This document shows positions 57,574-64,000 of a DNA stretch of 64,000 bases, piece after piece. Below the pieces are notes generated by a model. That model had not been told where the DNA came from. It was given only the letters and a program-made list of their open reading frames with translations, and ran no database searches. Within the stretch, counting starts at the first letter, position 1. Each line of letters starts with the position of its first letter. The translations under genes and the position numbers were made by a program. This DNA comes from Acidimicrobiales bacterium (GTDB lineage Bacteria > Actinomycetota > Acidimicrobiia > Acidimicrobiales > Aldehydirespiratoraceae). The stretch spans positions 3,086,921 through 3,150,920 of the forward strand of contig OZ220747.1 of the NCBI GenBank assembly GCA_965117015.1. The letters are read 5' to 3'.

Positions 57574-57635
57574 GCGCCCGTCCTTGCGCCGGTCATCAGC
57601 CGTCGACCTTGGGTGGCCTAGTCAAGTCTCGGGAC

Positions 57636-58031
57636 TCAGTCCCTGATCCGGATGGCCGCCAGTTCGATGCTGCACGACAGCACCAGGTCTTCGATGGGGG
57701 GATCTGGGACTACCGAGAACACACCGGTGGAGCCCGGCTCGACAGTTACGGCGGTAGCGCCCGTACCGAGGGCCTCGGAGCCGAAGCCGTTGAAGATCAC
57801 CCCGATCTCAACGTCGAGGGGTGCGGTGGCATCGGTGCGGACCTCGCCGTCCCAGCCGTCCTCGGTGCATACCCCGAGATTGACGAGCTCAGTCAACTCG
57901 CGCAGCGAGTCCTCATCGGTCGAAGCGGGATCGGTCTGCGGCGCCGTTTCGGGAAGGCGAAGGCAGGCAGTCGAAACGATGCCCAGCACCACTGCCAGCG
58001 CGAGCATCGACGCCGCTGAGCGCTCACGCAT
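57636..58031 (-). CDS. hypothetical lipoprotein
   Basis: 131-aa ORF. Signal peptide with lipobox IVSTAC, no recognised domain. 8-nt overlap with the upstream fused ABC gene. Confidence 0.5.
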   Translation of the reverse strand: MRERSAASMLALAVVLGIVSTACLRLPETAPQTDPASTDEDSLRELTELVNLGVCTEDGWDGEVRTDATAPLDVEIGVIFNGFGSEALGTGATAVTVEPGSTGVFSVVPDPPIEDLVLSCSIELAAIRIRD

Positions 58032-59874
58032 GAGATGGAGCCTGCGAGACGGCGCCGGTGATGAGCCCGACCAGCCGGGCCACGCTGGTGCCTTCGCCGA
58101 CGGGTTCGACCGCGGCGACCCGGCCGCGCCGCAGCACGACCACCCTGTCGCAGATCTTGAGGACCTGGGGCATGTCGTGGGTGATCAGCAGCACCGCCGC
58201 GCCCGCCTCGGTGAGCTCCCTGATCAACCGAAGAACCTGGGCGGACTGTTCCACCCCCAGCGCGGCGGTCGGTTCGTCCAGCAGCACTATCGACTGGGCC
58301 CAGCGGCCGGCTCGAGCCACCTCGACCGACTGGCGCTGCCCGCCCGACAGCGACGCCACCGGTGTGCGGAGGTTGGGTATCCGCACGCGGAGCTTCTGCA
58401 GCTCGTCGGCCGTCTCGGACCGCATCTGCCGCTTGTCGATCCAGCCGAGGGTGCGCCCGGCCGCGTTGGATACGACGGGTTCGCGACCCAGGAACAGGTT
58501 CTCGGAGGCATCGAATATCCCCACGACGCCGGGCCCTTGATGGACGGCCTCGATGCCGAGTTCCTGAGCGTCGAGGGGCGAATGCAACTCGACCTCGCGC
58601 CGATGGACCATGACAGAGCCCTCATCGAGGGAATGCACCCCCGTCAACGCCTTGACCAGGGTGCTCTTGCCGGCGCCGTTGTCTCCCAGCAGTGCCACCA
58701 CCTCTCCGGGATGCACACTCAACGAGACGTTGTCGAGCGCGACGACGGGGCCGAATCGCTTCGTGGCCCCATGGACTTCCAGGGCCGGCTCGCCGGTGGG
58801 TTCCATGCGGGCGGAACGAGGCCCGGCAACCGCCGGTGCCTCGCCTTCCCCGTTCATGTCGTCCTCCTCCGGTTGCGGGCGCTGGCGTCGAGCGGCCCGC
58901 ACGATGGCGACCTGGAAGGCGGCCGAGGAGACGAGCACCGCACCCTCCACCACGCGCGACCAGTCGGTGTCGACCCGGAACTGGATCAGGCCGTTTCCGA
59001 GCACCGTCAGGAACAGAACACCGGTGATGACATTGGCCGCCGACCCGTGCCCGCCCATGAAGGCCACGCCGGCGAGCAGCACCGCCGTGAGCACTTCGAG
59101 CTCGAGGTTCTGTCCGGTGACCGCCGGGGCGCTGTCGAGCCGGGACAGCTGTATGAGCCCGCCGATCCCTGCGCCGACCGACACCAGCACGTAGAGGCTG
59201 AGCCGGGACCGGGTCACGTTTATCCCTACGGCGACGGCCGCTTCCTCCCCGGCGCCGCAGGCGTGTGCGTGGCGCCCCCACCGCGTGCGGTACCACAGCA
59301 CGAGCAGGACGCCGGACCAGATCGCAGCAACCAGCACAGGTGTCGGGATGTCGAACAGGACGGTCCGGGACCGGCCGAGATAGGAGAACCCGCGTCCGAA
59401 GTCGTGGCTGATCTCCGATCCGGTGATCACGTAGGCCACGCCCCGCAGCAGGAACAGCATGCCGATGGTGACAACGACCGGCGAGAGGTGCCAGCGGGCA
59501 CAGAGCGTGCCGTTGAAGGCCCCGACGAACCCGAGGATCACCATGACCGCCACGCAGGCGAGCAGCGGATGCCATCCGAAGTCGGCCATGAAGTGCCCGC
59601 CCACGACGACCGCCAGCCCCAGTGCGCTGCCCACCGAGAAGTCGACCCCGCCGGTCTGCAGCAGCATGCCGAGCGGGACCGCGACGATGATCGACACCGC
59701 GCTGGTGAGCAGCATCGTCTGAATGTTGGTGACGGTGAGGAAGGTGTCGCGGGTGATGGCCAGGAACGCGCCCAGCACTACCAGCGCGGCGATCAGGCCG
59801 TAGCGGATGGCGATGTCGGTCAGGCCCCGTTGACGGATCCACCTCACCGGATTGGCGACGGCCGCGGCGCTCAC
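58024..59874 (-). CDS. fused CUT2-type ABC permease (N-terminal) and single ATP-binding domain (C-terminal)
   Basis: Uninterrupted 616-aa ORF with GTG start. Residues ~1-330 are RbsC/FrcC-like (TGGVDFSVGS, ACGAGEEAAVAVGINV). After an acidic linker (RRQRPQPEEDDMNGEGE) comes an NBD with GDNGAGKST, LSGGQRQS and VLLDEPTAALG. Confidence 0.75.
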   Translation of the reverse strand: MSAAAVANPVRWIRQRGLTDIAIRYGLIAALVVLGAFLAITRDTFLTVTNIQTMLLTSAVSIIVAVPLGMLLQTGGVDFSVGSALGLAVVVGGHFMADFGWHPLLACVAVMVILGFVGAFNGTLCARWHLSPVVVTIGMLFLLRGVAYVITGSEISHDFGRGFSYLGRSRTVLFDIPTPVLVAAIWSGVLLVLWYRTRWGRHAHACGAGEEAAVAVGINVTRSRLSLYVLVSVGAGIGGLIQLSRLDSAPAVTGQNLELEVLTAVLLAGVAFMGGHGSAANVITGVLFLTVLGNGLIQFRVDTDWSRVVEGAVLVSSAAFQVAIVRAARRQRPQPEEDDMNGEGEAPAVAGPRSARMEPTGEPALEVHGATKRFGPVVALDNVSLSVHPGEVVALLGDNGAGKSTLVKALTGVHSLDEGSVMVHRREVELHSPLDAQELGIEAVHQGPGVVGIFDASENLFLGREPVVSNAAGRTLGWIDKRQMRSETADELQKLRVRIPNLRTPVASLSGGQRQSVEVARAGRWAQSIVLLDEPTAALGVEQSAQVLRLIRELTEAGAAVLLITHDMPQVLKICDRVVVLRRGRVAAVEPVGEGTSVARLVGLITGAVSQAPSHA

Positions 59875-59911
59875 GTGGCCCTCCGATCACCGCGACCCGG
59901 CATGGCCATCA

Positions 59912-61075
59912 TCACCCTGTGTCGACGAAGAGCCTGCGGTAGATCTCGGCCGCCCGCACCAGCTCGCCGATCTCGATCCACTCGACCGCCTTGTGGGCCT
60001 GATCGATCGAGCCGGGACCGAACACCACGAGCTCGGCGGCAAGGTCGTCGTAGAACAGGGCGTTGCTCCCGAACGCCGCCACCGCGGGCATCGAGCCGCC
60101 CGCTTCGCTGATTCTCTGCACCAGCGTGGTATCCGGCTCGCGGTAGAACGCCTCGGCCGCGAAGCCCCTCGCCAACTCGACCTCGGCCGGCGCCGCGGCG
60201 GCCACCACCAGGTCACCCAACGCCGCGAACACCGGCTCGACCCGCTCTCCGGGCGCAGTCCGGCGGTTGATGCGGATCTCGCAGCGGTCCGGCACGATGT
60301 TCGGCGCGATCCCGCCGTTGATCCCGACGGTGGTCACGGAGCCAGCCCCGACCGGTGTCGTCCACTGCGATGCAGCCAGGCGCGCGTGCTCCTCGTCTAT
60401 GGCGGCAACGATCCGGGCCGCCGCGCTCACCGCGTTGATCCCGGTGCTCACCTGCGCCGAGTGGACCGCCTCGCCGTGGACGACCACCTCGAGGTCGCAC
60501 CCGCCCTTGTGACCGTGCACGGGAGCGCACAGGGTCGGCTCCGCCACGATGAGTTGATCGACCGACAGGCCGTTCTCCAGCAGCCAGTCCCGGTACCGCA
60601 TGGCGCCGGGGAAGCCGCCCGCCTCCTCGCCCACGGTGCCCACCACCTGAACGGTGGGGACGGGGCGCCGGCCCTCGGAGCGCAGCTCGCCCAATACGTC
60701 CAGCACTACGGCCAGGCTGGCCTTGGTGTCGACCGCCCCTCGCCCGAAGACCCGGGTCCCCTCGACCGCGCCGTCGAAGGGGTCTCTGGCCATGTGCTCG
60801 ACCCCGACGGTGTCGAGGTGAACGTCGATGGCCATGGTGCGATCCGACGAGCCGGCGAAGGTGGCGTACACGTTGCAGCGCCCGTCGGTGACGTGATCGA
60901 CGACCACCTCAGCACCCAGGGCATCGGCCCGCTCGGCGAACCATCCCGACATGTGCCGCTCGGCGTCGTAGCCGGAGCGAGGGCTCGCATGGAGGGGATT
61001 CACGCTCGGGATCCTCACCAGCTCGCCCAGGGAGGCGGCCAGGCCGTCGGGCGAGGTCGGGCCGTTTGTGCTCAT
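59912..61075 (-). CDS. M20 family metallopeptidase (ArgE/DapE/acetylornithine deacetylase-like)
   Basis: 387-aa ORF. LVRIPSVNP, HLDTV, GRGAVDTK and GEEAGG metal-site motifs are present. Confidence 0.8.
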   Translation of the reverse strand: MSTNGPTSPDGLAASLGELVRIPSVNPLHASPRSGYDAERHMSGWFAERADALGAEVVVDHVTDGRCNVYATFAGSSDRTMAIDVHLDTVGVEHMARDPFDGAVEGTRVFGRGAVDTKASLAVVLDVLGELRSEGRRPVPTVQVVGTVGEEAGGFPGAMRYRDWLLENGLSVDQLIVAEPTLCAPVHGHKGGCDLEVVVHGEAVHSAQVSTGINAVSAAARIVAAIDEEHARLAASQWTTPVGAGSVTTVGINGGIAPNIVPDRCEIRINRRTAPGERVEPVFAALGDLVVAAAAPAEVELARGFAAEAFYREPDTTLVQRISEAGGSMPAVAAFGSNALFYDDLAAELVVFGPGSIDQAHKAVEWIEIGELVRAAEIYRRLFVDTG

Positions 61076-61093
61076 GGGTGCTCGCTCCCCGCC

Positions 61094-61924
61094 TTACGAG
61101 GCGGCGGAGTGTTGGGGCTGGCGGGCCAGCCAGTTCTCCACGGCCGATCGAAACCCCGCCGGGTCCGCAAGGAACGGGAAGTGGCCGCCATCGTCGAACA
61201 CCACGAGCTCGGCGTTGGGAATTCCGTCGCGCAGCTCTTCATGAGCCTCCATTCCGGTGAGGAAGTCCCTCGCGCCGGCGAGCACGAGCGTCGGCGCTTC
61301 GATGCTGGCGAGCGATCCCGATACGTCGTAGCCGCCCAGCAACGCCGCGCCCCGGTTCCAGGCGTCGGCCCGGTAGATGGTCCGGCCGGTGACTTGGGCT
61401 GCGGCCTCGTCGTCGAGTTCGGGGGCATAGAGCGGGAAGGCCGCCGACCAGGAGCGGGCCCACTGCTCATCGGATGCCATGGGCCCCTGGAACAGGGATG
61501 CGAAGGCTTCCACCGCCGCCGCGGGAGCATCCTCGGGAATGTTCGGGGGTCGCTTCACGTGCGCCGCGGTGCTGGCCAGTATCAGGCCGTCGAGGCGGTC
61601 GGGATGGCGCAGTACGTACCTGAGCGCGAGAAAGCCGCCGTAGGAGTGTCCGAACAGGACCATCCGCTCCACGCCGGCCGCCGCCCGGATGCTGTCGATG
61701 TCGTCGACCATCGTCTCCAGCGTCACCGAGGTCCAGTCCTCGGGGGCTGCGGACCGGCCGTTTCCCCGGTGGTCGAACAGCACCACCCGGGCGAAGGCCG
61801 TCCAGCTCTCGGTCATCGGGCGTAGGTACTGGTGATCCAGACCGGTGCCGCCGTGCAGGACCACGACGGTGGGCCCCGATCCCGTCACCTCGTACACGAG
61901 CCCGTTGTGGGTCAGAGGTTCCAT
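61094..61924 (-). CDS. alpha/beta hydrolase (proline-iminopeptidase-like)
   Basis: 276-aa ORF after RBS GAGGAGGAG. HGGTG oxyanion region and GHSYGG nucleophile elbow. Confidence 0.8.
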   Translation of the reverse strand: MEPLTHNGLVYEVTGSGPTVVVLHGGTGLDHQYLRPMTESWTAFARVVLFDHRGNGRSAAPEDWTSVTLETMVDDIDSIRAAAGVERMVLFGHSYGGFLALRYVLRHPDRLDGLILASTAAHVKRPPNIPEDAPAAAVEAFASLFQGPMASDEQWARSWSAAFPLYAPELDDEAAAQVTGRTIYRADAWNRGAALLGGYDVSGSLASIEAPTLVLAGARDFLTGMEAHEELRDGIPNAELVVFDDGGHFPFLADPAGFRSAVENWLARQPQHSAAS

Positions 61925-61952
61925 CGACGGTCTCCTCCTCTCGGGTTGCTTC

Positions 61953-62477
61953 CTACCCCTTCGACATCGGCCAGCTTCGGGGCTGGTCGAGACTGGGCCG
62001 GCGCCGCTCCAAGTCGCCGATCAGGTGCTTGAGCGTCGCTTTGAGCTGGACCGGTTCGACCGAGGTTCTCTCGAGCGTCTCCGCCAGTGCCTCCTGCGAG
62101 ACGTCCATCAGCCGACGGCTCGCCGCCCGACCGTCATCGGTGAGCTCGAAGATCCGCTGGCGCTTGTCACCCGTTCCGACACTGCGGGTGAGCAGGCCCC
62201 GGTTCTCGAGCCGGGTGCAGGCTCTCGATGCCGTCGGCTGCACGACGTAGGCCAGCGCCTGGATCCTCTGCAGGGGCAGCGGTCCGAAGTCCGCCAGAGA
62301 GTTGATGATCCGGCACTCGGTGATGTCGAGGCCCAGGTCGGCCAGCCCGGCGTGGAAGGTCTCCGACAGCAGCTGGTAGGAGCGGTGGAGAAGGAAGGGC
62401 AGGTAGCTCTCGAGGAACCCCTCGTCCGCTCCCCTCCCCTCGTCGAGATGGCCGGGGCCGGTGTTTGTGTCTGTCAC
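61953..62477 (-). CDS. MarR family transcriptional regulator
   Basis: Winged-helix core ECRIINSLADFGPLPLQRIQALAYVVQPTASRACTRLENRGLLTR. Start set at the GTG (VTDTNTGPG); start uncertain. Confidence 0.7.
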   Translation of the reverse strand: MTDTNTGPGHLDEGRGADEGFLESYLPFLLHRSYQLLSETFHAGLADLGLDITECRIINSLADFGPLPLQRIQALAYVVQPTASRACTRLENRGLLTRSVGTGDKRQRIFELTDDGRAASRRLMDVSQEALAETLERTSVEPVQLKATLKHLIGDLERRRPSLDQPRSWPMSKG

Positions 62478-62508
62478 ACCAGTCTGAGTACCACAGATCG
62501 ATCCGCGA

Positions 62509-63711
62509 TCATCCACTGTAAGCGGAGAACACGCGGTCGAACCATGCCTGGGCGGTGTCGGTGTCATCGATGGAGATGGCCACATGGCGGGTCTGGAACG
62601 TCGAGTTGGCCTCGTCGCCGGTGATGGCGGCGTGGCTGACACGCACGACCGCGAATCCGACCGCTTCGAGGTCGAGCGCGGCCGACATCGTGTACATGCC
62701 GCCCGTTCCGCCGCCGTCGGCGATGAGCTCGATGGCCGGGCGCTCGCCGTCGACTCCGGCGATGAACACGTTGCCGGTGTCGAAGCCGTCGGTCTGCTCG
62801 AACGCCGAGTAGCTGCCCAGCGCCGAGCTCTCGGTGATGCCGATCACCATGTTGATCCCCGGATCGGCCTGCAACGCCTCCAGGGTGACGTCGAGCGACG
62901 AGATCGGGTCGAGGGCGCAGAAGCTCGTGACCGGATCGATGCCGGTGTGGGCGGTGATCCGCTCGATCGGTATCGACGTGCGCAGCTGGATGCCCGGGGG
63001 TGCGGGCGGGCACTCGTGGACCAGCCACGAGAAGTCCTCCGGCGCTCCCTGGTAGGTGTTGTCGATCCACTCGATCGCCCGATCAGCGATGATCGTCCCT
63101 GGGATCTCGTCGGCGAGAAGGATGCGGCCGTCGGCATCGGGATGGTCCCAGAGGTAGGTCACGAACGGGATCCCGGCCGCCTGAGCGGCCGCTATGTGAG
63201 CGTCGTACCCGCCCGGGCACATGCTCAGCACCACGATCGCGTCCACGCCGGTGGAGATCATGTTGTCGATGTTCGCGAGTTGCGTATCGCAGTCACCCAT
63301 CGCCGATCCCTCGACGATCTCGTAACCGAGTCGCTCTGCCTCGGCGAACGCCGGTGCCAACACGTTCTGATAGATCGGCACGTTCTCGAAGCCGTACGCG
63401 AAGCCAATCACCCCGCCGGTTTCCGGCTCCTCAGCCGGTTCAGGCTCAGCGGCCGGTTCCGGCTCGGGCTCCTCTGCGGGCTCGGGCTCCTCAACCGGTT
63501 CCGGCTCCTCGACCGGTTCGGGCTCTTCAGCCGGCTCGGGCTCCTCTGCGGGCTCCGGCTCCTCAACCGGTTCCGGTTCCTCGACCGGTGCGGGCGCGGC
63601 CTCGGTCGCCGGCTCCTCAGTGGCTCCATCGTCGTCCGCACACGCCGCCGCGACGAGCCCGAAGACGAGCAGCAAACCGATCCACAGCGTTCCTTCTCGA
63701 AAGCCTCTCAT
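62509..63711 (-). CDS. ABC transporter substrate-binding lipoprotein (periplasmic-binding-protein type I) with EEPEPx-repeat linker
   Basis: Trimmed to MRGFREGTLWIGLLLVFGLVAAAC (lipobox) after RBS GGGGAGG. About 85 aa of acidic repeat linker, then an RbsB-like body (VIGFAYGFENVPIYQN). Confidence 0.8.
   Translation of the reverse strand: MRGFREGTLWIGLLLVFGLVAAACADDDGATEEPATEAAPAPVEEPEPVEEPEPAEEPEPAEEPEPVEEPEPVEEPEPAEEPEPEPAAEPEPAEEPETGGVIGFAYGFENVPIYQNVLAPAFAEAERLGYEIVEGSAMGDCDTQLANIDNMISTGVDAIVVLSMCPGGYDAHIAAAQAAGIPFVTYLWDHPDADGRILLADEIPGTIIADRAIEWIDNTYQGAPEDFSWLVHECPPAPPGIQLRTSIPIERITAHTGIDPVTSFCALDPISSLDVTLEALQADPGINMVIGITESSALGSYSAFEQTDGFDTGNVFIAGVDGERPAIELIADGGGTGGMYTMSAALDLEAVGFAVVRVSHAAITGDEANSTFQTRHVAISIDDTDTAQAWFDRVFSAYSG
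63424..63590 (-). repeat. coding tandem repeat, 18-nt period (EEPEPx units, with a 72-nt higher-order unit)
   Basis: Translated: PVEEPEPVEEPEPAEEPEPAEEPEPVEEPEPVEEPEPAEEPEPEPAAEPEPAEEPE. Confidence 0.85.
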
Positions 63712-63771
63712 GGGACCCCCCTCCCCTCGGCCGGCCCTGATCCCCGGGCCGACATTTATATTACTGTGCAT

Positions 63772-63801
63772 ATATTAGGAGGCCCATATCGATCTTGTCA
63801 A
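63772..63801 (-). promoter_or_regulatory. candidate sigma-70-type promoter of the SBP/MarR/hydrolase/ABC operon
   Basis: The minus strand reads TTGACA-18 nt-TAATAT (-35 at 63796-63801, -10 at 63772-63777), about 60 nt upstream of the ATG at 63711. The -35 is embedded in the palindrome CTTGACAAG. Confidence 0.45.
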
Positions 63802-63831
63802 GGGCAAGACTCCGGAATTGCGGTCCGAATC

Positions 63832-63869
<38 letters not shown>

Positions 63870-63909
63870 ACCGGCCGGTGATTCATGGAGTCCGGCGGTT
63901 CGGCGACGC

Positions 63910-64000
63910 TCAGAACGACGTGCGGATGGCCCAGAGGTCACCGAACGCGGGGCGCATGATGGTGGTGCGAAGGTAGGCGGCCCCGTCGGAGCCGCCCGAG
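63910..64000 (-). CDS. 3' end of an unidentified gene (5' part outside window)
   Basis: Manual reverse translation ends ...SGGSDGAAYLRTTIMRPAFGDLWAIRTSF-stop, with the stop at 63910-63912. Too short to assign. Confidence 0.3.
   Translation of the reverse strand, partial: SGGSDGAAYLRTTIMRPAFGDLWAIRTSF

Noticed and set aside
63424-63590. Regular 18-nt periodic repeats that might suggest a CRISPR-like or other non-coding array.
   Set aside because: There are no unique spacers, and the period is a multiple of three. The repeats lie in frame inside the SBP gene, where they encode the EEPEPx linker.

Overview
GC-rich, very gene-dense chromosomal segment: about 60 CDS, with many 4-13 nt start/stop overlaps. 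It looks actinobacterial, based on a furA-katG pair, F420/LLM-type oxidoreductases, a leaderless-type promoter and lipoproteins with acidic Pro/Glu linkers; this lineage guess is inference only. No rRNA, tRNA, CRISPR array, transposase or integrase was seen. The content is mainly solute import and catabolism. There are four binding-protein-dependent ABC importers: one CUT1-type, two CUT2-type and one Dpp/Opp-type. Oxidative-stress genes are present (furA-katG, an AhpD-like protein). Several methyl-group/C1 enzymes occur: a GcvT/DmdA-like protein, a Rieske oxygenase, a DMGDH-like FAD-GcvT fusion and a non-pyrrolysine MttB homologue. There is also a kynU-nbaC (kynurenine pathway) cluster, several SDRs and an acyl-CoA dehydrogenase. 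Main second-look items follow. (1) An exactly 49-nt nested-palindrome element occurs three times in intergenic gaps, twice overlapping stop codons. (2) selD is split in the ORF track by an in-frame TGA that aligns with the catalytic Cys/Sec position and is followed by a hairpin, so it is probably a selenoprotein. (3) Two adjacent importer operons each carry a DUF917 paralogue, one with a hydantoinase-like enzyme and one with an aromatic-amino-acid-decarboxylase-like PLP enzyme; a PucR-type and an Lrp-type regulator lie next to them. (4) A 4.6-kb MttB/DMGDH cassette is bracketed by diverged ~90-nt direct repeats that duplicate the 3' end of the neighbouring gene. (5) A CUT2-type permease is fused in frame to a single ATPase domain. 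(6) A 37-nt homopolymeric C run lies inside an inverted repeat near the right end; it may be real or an assembly artefact. All calls rest on reading the translations and the DNA by eye; no searches were run.
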